Part shown: in pieces, positions 1-12,367 of the stretch
Layout of the letters: each line of letters begins with the position of its first letter
Position numbering within the stretch: position 1 is the stretch's first letter
Source: Schizochytrium sp. TIO01
Lineage: Eukaryota; Protista; Bigyra: Labyrinthulomycetes
DNA: 64,000 nt
NCBI GenBank assembly: GCA_004764695.1
Contig: SMSO01000025.1
Location: 1,674,001 to 1,738,000, forward strand
Direction of reading: 5' to 3'
Program-made: the position numbers and the translations under genes
The notes under the pieces: generated by a model
What the model was told of the DNA's origin: nothing
The model's input: the letters and a program-made list of their open reading frames with translations, nothing else
The model's database searches: none

Positions 1-530
1 GACGCTCTCGCGCAAAGCCCTTGCTCATCTATCGAGACGCTTGGATGCAATCCCAAGTACTTATTTACTGTTAAATGCAAAGTCCTATCGGGAGTAAGAG
101 AGATGTTTTATTGACTCAGAGACATGGAACATAAGCAAAACGACCGTTGAAGAACTAAGTTGTGCTGCAGTACTATAGTTAAACATAAGAGTCCCTACTT
201 TTTCTTTTTCTTTTAAAGTTATTTTATTCGATTTTTGGGGGGCTCAAAAAGAAAATAGCCGCTTTGTTAATGAATTATTAATGAATCGGCAAAGGTGCTT
301 TGCTATGATCAGAAGCGTTCTCCTTGTGAAGAAAGTCAATCAGTTCAAGCGTACAAAGACGAGCTTTACCAAACTAATTTGAGGTCCTCAGTGCCGTACA
401 GAAAGCTACAAAACATAATTCTGGCGAGAGCCAGAGTCGTGCGCAAAACTGCAACTCGGTATGCGCAAAGGCAGAACGTAAGCCCAAGCGTGCGAAGCAG
501 GGCTACCCAGACCTGCCGCGCTGGGGCAAA

Positions 531-3500
531 ATGCAAGGCAAGCACCAAGCCCAAAGACAAAGAATATTTCCAGCACAGCCATCCCAACTTGACCGCGACA
601 ATGAGCGGACGTTACGAAAGGTTCGCTGGACTCTCTGTAGTTCCTGTGGAGCTCCGAATGCTCACCAGATGACAAAATGTGGTGTCTGTGGCAAGTCAAT
701 ATCTCACAAAATAGATCACCAGCCAGATATCACTCCATTAGAAGTTAAAAATCCACCCGAGACAACCAAGGAGGAGAATGAAGAGAAAGGAAACGTGGAC
801 TATCAGAATCCCGAAAGACTGTCAGTACTTTCTGAAAACGATCCATCAAACATCGACAGAGTTAAAACATCGACAACCATGAGAGATGTCGCTGATAGAG
901 CATCTCAGACTCTTGTAAATGGTCTTCAACCAAATCAACAGCCACTAAAGACTGGTCCCCAACCCTCAGAATCTGATCCCCCGACCGAAAACTTTCTCAT
1001 TTTACCTGGGGGAAGTCAAGAAATACGATTATCAGATGTGTCTTCTCTTTCCGTCGGCATGGGAACTGACGATAGAGACGCATTTTCTTGTTATATTCCT
1101 GGTGACCATCGTCGTGGGGCAGTGGCACTTTGCAAACTTGTAACGAAAAGGGTTAAGAAGCAAAGTTCAACCTATGGAAACGCAAATGCTTGGTAATAGG
1201 TGAGGCTCAGCTAACTTGGCAATGTCTTGATGTAATTCGACGTGTTGAGGTTCTTTATAGACTGCATCATATATTAGATCGACATCAGTGGCATTTGCGT
1301 GCCAAATCATTCTCTCATCTTCGCTCATTTGTGGGCTTCAGACAGGAAGCAGAGCGTACTTCCCTGCTTAGAGCGCAGACAATTTTTACTCGTCTTATAC
1401 ACAGCAAACTTCGAGATGCTTTCACTCGGCTTGCTAGACCGCAATTATTTGTAGCGAGGCGTGTCCAACGTTTATGCTCATGCATTGCGGTATTGCAAAA
1501 TCACGAAAGAAGATCTTTGGGGTGGGCATTCTCTACTTGGCACCACTTTGCACTCCGGGCGCAGCGTTGCGAAAGTTTGGCAAAAACTTTCAATTGGTCT
1601 CTTCGATCATGGGAAAGAAAGAGACTTCTCGAGGCCTTTCAGCGTTTAAAGAATGCTTGTCGATGGACCACAATTGTCTGCAAGGTGGAAAGTAAGTACT
1701 TGCTCCGTCAGAAACGAACTGTCTTTAAGCAAGTAAAGATGCACGCACTGTCAGTAAGGCGAATTGAAGTGATGGTGCGATGCTTCCACCGGCAGCAACA
1801 AAGCTTGGCCCTACAGCATCTTAAAAGTCATGTTCATAAAGGTCGTTTACTCTCTCGAACAATGTTCAAATCTATTGGCGTTCAAAAACGTGCTGCTTTT
1901 GAGCAGCTCAAACGTTTCTACGAGCGCAGGAAGAGTCAATACCGAAGTGTTTCTTGTCTCAATCGATTTTGCCGTCGCCAAAAAATCCAACTTGCCTTTC
2001 GAACTTGGTCAGAGGATGTGAAAAAATTGAACAATGCGCAGCGGTTCAGTCAGCGTCGCGCACTAAAACGTATAGTTCAAGGCTGGCGACGCGCGGCCTT
2101 GAATAGTCTTAGTATAAAGGCGTTCAAAAACAAGCAAAGTATTAAGGTAATGCGATTTTGCTTCCAAATATGGGAAACAATGTCAACACGAGCAATCGAG
2201 CGAATCAAGACTCGAGCATTCTTAGCATGGCGATTTGCTACTCGGATTCGAAAAGAATCTAAAATTATCATACTTAACCGGCTTTCATACTTTTGGAAAG
2301 TAGAACAGTTGGGTCAAGCATGGCGCGTTCTCAAAAACTACACTATGTTATCTAAACAGCACGAACATGATGTTTGCTTCACTACGTTACAGACATGGAG
2401 GAAAAACGTTCGACTCTGTAAAATTGCTGCTCTCCTTAGACTTCGCAAGTGTTGGAATTTCTGGAAAGCTCACAAGCTCCAATGTAATTTACCGCGTGTC
2501 CTCAAAAAGGTTATTGGCCGTTGCATTATTCGTCAAGCGTGGCGCAAACTTGCCTTTCATGGATGGGACACGCGAAAAACCGCTACTATCTTTACTCTGT
2601 GGAGGCTTGCGCAATTTCATCAGCATCGCATAAGGTCAGCTTTACATCATTGGCACCGCGCTTGTACTACACAAGCTTCCCAGCAAGCTCGCTTTAAACA
2701 ACATTTAAATAATCTCGCTGACCTGTATACATCCCGCATGACGCGTCAGGCGTTTGCTACCTGGCGTATTAGGAACAGACTACTATATCTGACAAGCGCA
2801 GGAATAAAACACATCAGCGCAGTACTTAGACGCTCGCAAATGGTCTTTTGTCAACGCGCTCTGTTTAGATGGAAGATGTTCTGCACAAACTTTGCGCGTC
2901 GACTAGATAAGCTGACTTGTCATTTGGATAGGTATGATAGGCTCAAATGCTTAAATTTTGGTTGGATAAGATGGCAGGAATATTCAATATCACGTGAGCA
3001 ACAAAAGTCATTCCTGTCAAAAATATATGGTGGCTACGATGTTCTTTTAAGAATGCGAATGCGCATCATTTGGGTGAAATGGAACGTGCTTGTCAAAAGA
3101 TGTTCTAGTATCAAAAGCTTTGTATCTATGCGCCAACGTAAGTACTTAAGCATGTGCTTACAGAAATGGAGGCAAATTTCCTCTCGACAATGTGCCTTGC
3201 GTGCGATCCTGATAGGCTTTAATTATCGCACACAACATTTATGTGTAGCTGGAGCTTGGCACAAATGGCAGCAACATTGTATAAGTTCATTATTCCAGAA
3301 GCAAGCTTACAGACATTTAAGCCTTCAACGTGCCTTTGACGCCTGGAAAGTAATAAAATCTGATTCTGACAGTATCCGTGTGCGCAAAGCTTTCTCATTT
3401 TGGTTTCAATTCTGTGTTACCTCAAAAAAAGATTGTCTTTGCCGGACTTGGAGCGCTTGGCGGCGTCTTTCTCTAAAATCCAAATTGGAAAATCGAGCCA

Positions 3501-6500
3501 ACAGAAAATTAGAGCTCCAATTCCGTCGACATCGGATTCAAGTTTTTCGTCTTATTTTGCGAGGTCTGTATCAGAGACACATTCGTGCAGGCATTAGCAA
3601 GGCTTTTCGACGATGGTCTCAGTTTGCAGAGCAGCGGAGCCAACAACTACTTGCAGCATTTAACCTGAATAGAATCTCACAGCGTCACGGCCTACAGAAT
3701 GGATTTGCACAATGGAAACTTGTAGCCTGTATTCATTCTATCAAAGCCTGGTATTACGAACAAGAGCTGGAAGCTTGTGCTCAGGAATTACTTGCCAAGT
3801 ATTTTCAACGTTGGTATTCTGTCGTACGAGTTCGATATGCAAAGCACAAAACTCTTCTGGGAGAAGAAATGGCATGGATCCAAACCACCTCTAGGCTCGA
3901 AAGAATGCGGTTTTTCTTTCGAGAATGGCAAACAAAACTTCTGCATAGAAACCAACTAAGAAAAGCGCTGGTTCGGTGGTCAATGAGAGAAAAGAAGTCT
4001 GTTTTACGAAGGTGGCGTTCATTTACAGATCGAAAAGCTCAAATAGAGCGATTTGCAAAACTTGTGGGACTACGCTGCAAATCATACACAATTCGGCGAT
4101 TCTTTAGTTTGTGGCGAAGAAGGTCAGAGCATGTCAGTCGCCTTCAAAGAGCAAGGCGCTACAATAAAAACATGAGTATTGCAAAGAATATGCTTTGGCA
4201 ATCCCGAATCCACGTGGGGTTGCAGGTGTGCCATCACCTTGAACAAGGTAGAGCGAATGTTCAGTTGAAGCGAGGGTGGAGAGCCTTAGTGAGGAATACA
4301 CGTACAAAAACTGTTCTTAGCCACACCCTTTGGAACTGGCGTCTAATGAATCTGAGATGTGGGTTTGCTTCTTGGACTAGTTTTTTACGAAAGCAAAAAC
4401 GACTTCAAAGAGTGGTGCGGGCTTGGAGATCGCGCCAATTGCTTTCTTCATTTCACCATTGGAGTTCTGTAGTACTGTGCTCTAATCAAGAGCGTCTTGT
4501 TAGAATGCGAGCTGCTCTGCAGCATTGGGCCCGATCAACTCAAAGGTTCATACAAACAGAGGCATTTAGGCAAAAATGGAAACGCCATGAGAACACGACG
4601 CTCAAGAGATTTTCACTACATCGTTGGGCGTATAACTCGAGAGTCTCCCGAAGAGAAAGGCATCTTCTACGTATTTCATGTAAGCAAAAAAGTCATGCAG
4701 TACTATATCGACTGTTCCACCGGTGGGCACGTGCTGTTTCGACAAGGCGTGTTAGAATTCTTACCAAGCTCCGTTCTCGCCTGTTTTTTAATCGGCGCCA
4801 GCATTTGCAAACGGGATTTTCAAAATGGTCTGTTAATGTTCATATCTCGCTACGAAATGAACTAAAGGTCACAAGCAATCACACTCGCATCAAGCAAACA
4901 GCTTTTGTGCAATGGCATCGGTGGTCTTGCGAACAGCGTCAATCCCGAATTGCTCTGCTCAACTACAACTTCCAGGGCTGGTTGCGTGTATCTTCTCAGC
5001 AGCGAGCCCAAAAACTTGGTCGACTTCATATTCAACTGCTCAAACTTCGCTTTCGCCGTCTACGTGAGAGTTTCTTGAAATTAGATTGTGCTCGGGTTGA
5101 GCAAAGGAACTTTGATAGAGCTGTGCGCATACTCAAGACTCTTCGCAAGCGTATATGTTTTCGAGCTTGGGAAACATGGCTTACCCAGCAAAAGTGTGCA
5201 AGGTCTGTCTTAAGTGTCTTTGCAACTCGACAATGGCTTGTATCCACTCAGCATGGCGCATTTTCTCGTTGGGCTCAGTATACCAAAAGTCTAGCTACAC
5301 TAGAAAGGGCTGTAAAGGCTTTTCGTGTATATTCCGTTCATAAGGCATTTAATTCCTGGATCGTGTTTGCGAAGAAGCAGCACTCTACTCGTGCGCTAGT
5401 ACGGTATTGGCAGAAAATGATAAGAAAGGACGCAATTTTACAATGGCAAGCTTACATATGTCAACAAAAGAGGCTTGGGCTTGTTTGCATACGTTGGAAA
5501 AATCTGCAGTTGAAATTAGCATTTGAAACGTTCACTCAGCAAGTTCAGTATCGGAAGTTAGGCAGAACTGTGTTGGATTCAGCATTTCGAGTTATCTGCA
5601 GACATCGTCAGCAATGCTGTATCAAAGCCTTTTCTCACTGGCATTTCATCAGTTATCGTTTACGTCAGGAGAAACACACGCTTGAGCGTGCGAAAAGAGC
5701 TATCAAGCGCTGGTGTGTACAACGACAACAAATGGCATTTGAGCATTGGTTTAGAGTGATATCTTCTAGAAAAGAAAGCATTGAGCTCATCTTTAAATGC
5801 TGCTGGGGAATATACAAACGAAAGTATCAAACGCGTGCATTCTTAAGGTGGAAGGCTTCTATTGAAGTTTCGAAGCAACACGCGAAAATCCTGAACTACA
5901 TGAACGCTTTCATGGTTCGTTGGGAGCGAAAAAGAAAGTTCAATTCGTATCGAAGTTCGTTTGACATTTGGGTTACACATATACAACTGCTTAACAAAAA
6001 GAGAACAGCAGCGCGACAAATGAACAAGATATATCTACGTTGGCATAGTTACTGTAATCGAGATGCAGTGCAACAAGCTTATTCAAAATGGAGGTGTGCA
6101 TCCTGGGCTGCTGAAAAGCGCTCTGCTCAACTTCGAAGAACAAAACGTGTATTGTCTCATTGGCACGAATTGTGGAAAAACAATACCTATCGACGATGCT
6201 TTGAAACATGGAAAACAATCGTGTTAAAAGAAAGACAGGCATATCAGCAGATGCGCCGGGCTCTCCGGATCATGGCAAGCTGGAAAAGTATGTGTCGACA
6301 ACAAATGCTTCAGACTGCTTTTGGAATGTGGAAAACCCACCTGACGGGTCTTCGAGATCATGAGGTTCGTATGAAAAGGTTACTTGCAAATATTACTCGC
6401 TGGCAAAATACGCGAAAAGCAAAATTATGCCTTTGGGCACTTGAAACTTGGAAAGCTGCTGTGGCTAAAATAAATACTCAAGGCATTAAAATGCAGCGAA

Positions 6501-9500
6501 TTACAGAGGTTTTGTCAAATTGGCACACTATGTGTATTCAGCACTCGTGTCGACTAGCTTTTGGAGTGTGGAAAAGACTTTACGAACTAGAAAATGTCAA
6601 GAGACGTCAGCTCGCAAGAGTGGACGATATTTTACTGCGCTGGAGGAAAAAGTCTATGGTCAGCTCACTTACTATATGGAAGCTATGGATCGCACATGAA
6701 AAGTATCGTCATTCTTGCCTGAAAAAGGCCAAACTAATATTTAAACATTGGTGGAGTAGTCGACTTGATTATGCATGTAGGAGAATGTTTGAGTTCTGGA
6801 AAGTTCATGTTGAGAGTGCCAAACTTAAGCAATTGCAGTCTGAGAAAATGCTACGGTTTTTGAACCGCATAAGTAATCAGTGCACTGCAACAGCGCGTCA
6901 GAAAGCATTTCGCTCTTGGCAAGAATTCACAATGGAGTATCGAGCGCGAGACATTGCCTTTGACAAGGCAAAACGAGTGTTTAGTCGATATTTCGAGCTG
7001 CGGTTATGTATTGCTAGTCGGGTAGCGTTTTCTCGGTGGCACCGATTTATGATGAACAGTAGATTGCAGACTCTTGAACAGCGTCAGCTTAAGGGGTTTC
7101 TTCAACGGTGGATGGCAGCACGTGAAAGGAATGGCATTCGCTCTTTCTTCTCCCGGTGGCAACATCATACAGACTTGGCAAGAGTTCGATTAATGGCTCT
7201 TGCTAGGGCTAAAAGCTGCTTTATTCAATTATGGCCAAGATCAAAGCTTCATAGTTCGTTCATTCTTTGGAAAAAATGGTCAAAGGCATTCGCCAGTCTG
7301 CATTCAATGTCTGCCTCCTTTAAGCGATATTTCCTGCGACAAACACTTCGTCGATGGAGTATTGCATACGTGCAAGATCTAACTATTTCAGGCATGGCGT
7401 ATAATTTCCAGCTAGAAACGCTGGTAAGACGGAGATGCAAGCTGCAAGCATTAGTTAACCAAAGGGTACGTGTTGAGTTACGCTATGCCTTTGTAATCCT
7501 CAAAAACTCTATGGGTCGTGTGAAACATCTCAAGAAAGCATTACTAAGCTCGAGACTGCGACTCTGTAGACTAGCATGGAATAGTTGGAAAGACATTATA
7601 TGGAAGCGAAAGCTCACTGCGGTGCATTTGTATAAATTGCAGAATTCATTACAAAGTTGGCAACATCGCAACATACGAGCAGCTTTTCAGGGTTGGCATA
7701 GTAAAACTCAAAGGCAAGCAACCATTGAAAAATTCGTTCTAAGGGCGGCAGGTAACATCACCACGCGGAATTCTAAGCAATGCCTTGTTGCCTTTTCAAG
7801 ATGGAGATGGTATTGTCTTCAGCAAACCCATCAACGACATTTGCTGACTCGTACGTTGTGGCGATGGCGCGCCCTTTGTTTGAGGTCCGCATTTGCACTT
7901 TGGCGCCATGCAACTACGCAGCCGATACTTCAAAGCGAAGCTTTAAGACGGATCATCCGGTGCTGGTATTTACGGCGTTTGCGGCACTCATTGGGCTCGG
8001 CTGATTTTAAGGACAAAATTAAAGACTCGAAAGCTTCAGCTCTTGAAGAGTGTGTGTTCACGTTGGCTCTGCTTGAACCAACGGCGCGCACTGCAACTAT
8101 TGAAGACTCATATGCAGCAACAGCGTGTGAAAGCAATCCGAAAAAAAGTCTTTCTTCTTCTCTTGCAAGGTCGGTCACGAGTCCTTCTTCGCGCTGCGTT
8201 TCAAAAATGGAGGCACTCAATATACAGAGCCCATGCATTGCTTCAGACATGTTCTCATTGGAGAACGCGTGCTTTGCGTTCCGCTGTAAGGAAGTGGAAA
8301 ACATTCGATGTACACCAAAGGTTTCTTCAATTGAGGATGCAACATATGTTTAAGACTTTACAGCATTGGCAATTGGTATTATGCCGCTTCGCGTTCGAGC
8401 GTTGGAAGGAACATTCTCTTCTGGGTCGGAGGGTTCGCTCAAAGCTTTTGAGGTGGATACACAATTATAAATTCATGAACACCTCCGTTGGGTTTAGTCG
8501 TTGGAAGGAGCACTTACTATATTCTCGTCTCAACACCAAAACTAAAATGCTACAGCACCAGCATCTGTATTGGACCATCTGGCATTATATTTCTCGAAAG
8601 CGTGATGATGCTTTGAGGTGTTCTTGGAAGATATGGCGCTCGTATGTTACGCATATAAACTCGTGCAGAAGGAAGGAAATGGTCATGTGTTCTCGAATTT
8701 TGTCAAGTTGGAGGTTCGGGCAATTGAGCAGTACGTTTCAGGCGTGGAAATCCAAAGTGCGAAATCATACGGTACTGAAGATAGTTGTCCAAAAAATGAT
8801 TTGTTCAAATCTTCACAATTACTTTTCTTTCTGGAGGAAAATTACTCTTCATAGGCGTGCGCAACGTTGCATCATGGAGAATGTCTTTCGAATTTGGCGA
8901 TACCAACAGCGACGTGTTCTATCCCGTGCATTTACCCATTGGTACTTATTGGGACTAACTAAGCATAATCACCCTTCAAAGCAGCTTGCCAAGCAACTCT
9001 CAGGTGTTGCTGAAAGTACTAGGAGTATACTATTGCAATTTATAAGTGCTCGCGAACGACGTCAAGATTTACGCCGATCTATGCTTTGGACCGGGTGGAA
9101 TAAGATTTGCTTAAATAGCCTTAATGTTCGTCTGGGGAATGAATGCCGCCGTGCAACGATCGAAAGGTCAATATTAATAAGTTTTGCCAGAAGCCTCATG
9201 GTTAAGGTGCAAAAATTTCGTGGACGTTGTGCGCTGCGTATGGGTTGGACTCGGTTAATAGCAAACGTCCAAACTAATCAACTTCGCCAGAAGTTTTTGG
9301 ATCGTTCGTACTTGACTTGGGTGTCTGCAAGAAAGTGGCGTTGTATGCTCTCCACATTTACGACCTGGCGAGTATTTTCTCTACGAATGGCTCGAGCTCG
9401 GCATATTTTGCAAACGATGCAGCGAGTCGAAGATGCCTGGGAGAGTGCTCGAAAGCATCGGGCATTTGCTCAATGGCGTTTAGAAGTTAAACTACAGTAT

Positions 9501-9629
9501 ATGGATGAGTCTCAAGCGCGTCGCTCTCACGCCGCTCAGGGCTTGAGAGATGTACAAAGTAAAGCTCGTGACACTCTGATGCAGCTGCGACTTGCCCGCT
9601 CCTCTTCACGATTAAGTTATCTTTCTTAA
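531..9629 (+). CDS. Giant Sfi1-like centrin-binding repeat protein (~3,030 aa if joined) with an N-terminal C4 zinc ribbon; interrupted by two frame changes (~1163 and ~7991)
   Basis: Three overlapping same-strand ORFs (531-1196, 1190-8353, 8043-9629). Dozens of basic L/A-F-x-x-W-K/R motifs typical of Sfi1 repeats. The motif continues across both junctions in the next frame (KFNLWKRK from 1163; WARLILRTKLK from 7992). N-terminal WTLCSSCGAPNAHQMTKCGVCG resembles a RanBP2-type zinc finger. Confidence 0.75.
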
Positions 9630-10241
9630 TGAAACCTATCTTTGTAATATATATTGAATTTGTCAGCGATGTTCTAATTTCAAAGCTCGGGCTAGATGAT
9701 AAAGGAATCGTTTTATGGGTTCATAATGTTTAGCTTTGAGACTTTTCTTCTCCCTGTTTTGTTTAAAATGGAAGTTAATTACCTCACCTACTGCACAAAT
9801 AGAGAAGAACTATGTCATACTTTGGTCAGACACGACTAAAAGGTAATAATCACAGTGGTGCCATCTAGTTCGACACTTTGTAGCCCAGAAGGTAAATAAA
9901 GCCAACACTACAAGAGAAAGAGATACAAATAAAGAGAATAGAAGAGAATAATGGAAGGAAAGAAATACTGGACCTATAAAACTCAGGGTTTCCTTAATAC
10001 TTTATTCCTAGAAAAAAACAATCCTTGCTGTGATCAGAAAGTGAGTCCCAAGTGAGACCATGAGATGTGCTGCAATTACTACTAAAGACAAGCAAGCTGC
10101 TTTCAAGACAGTCTTCTTCTATTTGCTAAAAGAAAGAAAGAATGAAAAAAGGAAAAGGAAATCATAAGTCTCGGAAAGGGAAAACCTCGACCTGCCGCAT
10201 CATCATGAACACGGAAAAAATCATTGCACTGAGACATTTTC

Positions 10242-10270
10242 TCATTCATTCATTCATTCATTCATTCATT
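10242..10270. repeat. (TCAT)n microsatellite overlapping the HELLS stop codon
   Basis: tcattcattcattcattcattcattcatt; on the minus strand it reads AAT GAA TGA. Confidence 0.9.
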
Positions 10271-12367
10271 GACCTTACCAACAATAGACGACGCAGCGTG
10301 TTCAACGATCTCATATCCTTCCCCCTTTGAAGATACCTCGCCATTGAAGAGAGACTCGCGATTGAGCAGGGTCCGCAAGGTGTCATCTGAGAGCTCTCCG
10401 GCATCGAGATGGTGACCCGAATATTCATCTCTGAGGAGGTCACGCAGCTCGTTGGCATCCATGCCCTTACCCTTTTGGTGACTGTTGTGGATACTAGCTT
10501 GTTTGGCACAAACCACACGCTCCACTTTACGCTTGCTATTTGCACGCTCCAAAATCTTTAGCTCAACAGACTTAGCCGTTACCAGGCGATATACGACGAC
10601 ATCCTTCGTCTGACCAATACGGTGTGCTCGATCTTGAGCCTGCTGATCCTGATGGGGATTCCAGTCAGAGTCAAAAATGATAACTGTGTCCGCTGAGACT
10701 AAGTTGATACCAACTCCTCCAGCGCGAGTGCTGAGAAGAAAGCAAAAAAAGTTTGGGTCTTTGTTGAAATCATCCATTTGTTGCTTGCGCTCATCAAGGC
10801 TGGTACTGCCATCAATTCGACACACCTTCCAATCAGGGCGCAAGAAATGTAAATAGTCTTGGACAATATCAAGCAGTGAGGTAAATTGGGAGAATACTAA
10901 GACCTTGTGACCTTTTTTCTTGAGATCCAAAAGCATCTGGTCAAGCGCACGAACCTTGCCGGAGGCCTCGATAAGACGTTGATCATTGTTATAGTTGCCC
11001 TGGCCATCTGTTGGTTCAAAGTGGAGGTACGGGTGAAGGCAACATTTGCGCAACTGCATCAGAACATTGTTTAACTGTGTCTTGTTGCCTGTGGCGATTT
11101 CCAGAAGCTTGGCTAATTCACCCTCCATGATGGATTTGTACATATCACGCTGGGAGCTAGTCATGGGAATGTAAAGAACTACTTCCTTCTTTCGAGGGAG
11201 GTGCTTCTCAACATCAGACTTTAAGCGTCGCATCATAAATGGTGCAAGGATTTTATGGAGTTTGCTCACAATATTTTCTTCAGCATGCTTGCGCACGAGC
11301 TCGTTTTCGGTTGCGCGAGAACCATCAAAGGCAAACACCGATTGAAAGAAATCCAGGTCATCAAAAATCTCAGGCATGAGGAAGTTGAGCAGACTCCACA
11401 ATTCTGCCAGGTTATTCTGCAGCGGGGTTCCAGTCAGCAAAATCTTATTTGCACCGCCCCGAAGGACAGAGCCGCCACAAAGCTGATTTAATTCACGAAA
11501 CAGCTTACACTTGTGGTTCTTCAAGCGATGGCCCTCATCAACAATAATATGTTTCCACTCGCAGCGTTGCAGACCAGACCGGTCGCGGCATACGATGTCA
11601 TAGGTTGTCACAGTCACCGGAAACTTCTTCATGTCACGTTTCTTCGACTTGGCTGAGAGAAGGTACTCGTCTCGCATCTCAGCGCGCTCTTCCTTGGTGC
11701 CGTGATAGAGAAGCACTGGAATCTTGGGTGTCCAGCGCTTGAACTCATTTACCCAATTATGAATAGTCGACAGAGGTACTACGATCAAATAGGGCCCATA
11801 GGCGCCCATTTCACGTAGATGTGCGATCATCGAAATTGTTTGCACAGTTTTGCCAAGACCCATTTCGTCTGCCAGAATGCCGTGCAGACCATTTTCATAG
11901 AGGCCAACCATCCACTTGAACCCTTTGACCTGATAGTCACGAAGTCTCCCTCCAGTGAGAGCCTTTGGTTGTCTCCGTTCTCCGTGCTCGTCAACCTCAT
12001 CAAGATCCACCTCCTGCTGCTTTGGGTTCTTGCTCGCTGCGACCCTCTTGGAACCGTTCTTCACCTTGCGTCTCTTGGTCTCAGGTTCTTCAACCTTGAC
12101 ATCTTGACCCGATGACGATTGACTGTTCATCAGCTTACGATTAAGGAATTGCGTGTACTTCTCCGCCTTGGCCAGCAGTCTGTCGAGCGCCTCAGAGGCC
12201 TCCTGCTCTGTAATGCCCGCCTTGCGTTCGCTCAGACGCGCCTGCTCCGGTTTCCACGCCTTATCATTAGCCTCTGCGGCCTTTTCTTCCTCCGCAATCA
12301 GCTTCTCCAGTTCAGGATCGCGCTCAGAGGCGCTATCGTCATCTTCACTGCTCTTCTTCCGCGTCAT
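10262..12367 (-). CDS. HELLS: SNF2-family chromatin remodelling ATPase, LSH/HELLS/DDM1 subfamily (701 aa)
   Basis: Motifs LRDYQ, GILADEMGLGKT, DEGH, LLTGTPLQNNLAELWSLLNF, LSTRAGGVGINL and QAQDRAHRIGQ. N-terminal LDRLLAKAEKYTQFL coiled segment, RLKNHKCKL and lack of HAND-SANT-SLIDE or bromodomain fit LSH/DDM1. First ATG is 12367 (the track begins at a TTG). A likely 5'UTR intron acceptor (TTTGCAG) lies at 12389. Confidence 0.88.
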   Translation of the reverse strand: MTRKKSSEDDDSASERDPELEKLIAEEEKAAEANDKAWKPEQARLSERKAGITEQEASEALDRLLAKAEKYTQFLNRKLMNSQSSSGQDVKVEEPETKRRKVKNGSKRVAASKNPKQQEVDLDEVDEHGERRQPKALTGGRLRDYQVKGFKWMVGLYENGLHGILADEMGLGKTVQTISMIAHLREMGAYGPYLIVVPLSTIHNWVNEFKRWTPKIPVLLYHGTKEERAEMRDEYLLSAKSKKRDMKKFPVTVTTYDIVCRDRSGLQRCEWKHIIVDEGHRLKNHKCKLFRELNQLCGGSVLRGGANKILLTGTPLQNNLAELWSLLNFLMPEIFDDLDFFQSVFAFDGSRATENELVRKHAEENIVSKLHKILAPFMMRRLKSDVEKHLPRKKEVVLYIPMTSSQRDMYKSIMEGELAKLLEIATGNKTQLNNVLMQLRKCCLHPYLHFEPTDGQGNYNNDQRLIEASGKVRALDQMLLDLKKKGHKVLVFSQFTSLLDIVQDYLHFLRPDWKVCRIDGSTSLDERKQQMDDFNKDPNFFCFLLSTRAGGVGINLVSADTVIIFDSDWNPHQDQQAQDRAHRIGQTKDVVVYRLVTAKSVELKILERANSKRKVERVVCAKQASIHNSHQKGKGMDANELRDLLRDEYSGHHLDAGELSDDTLRTLLNRESLFNGEVSSKGEGYEIVEHAASSIVGKVNE

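Noticed and set aside
8000-8353. C-terminal ~120 aa of the 2387-aa ORF as real protein
   Set aside because: It loses the Trp repeat pattern exactly where the overlapping frame gains it; out-of-frame read-through.
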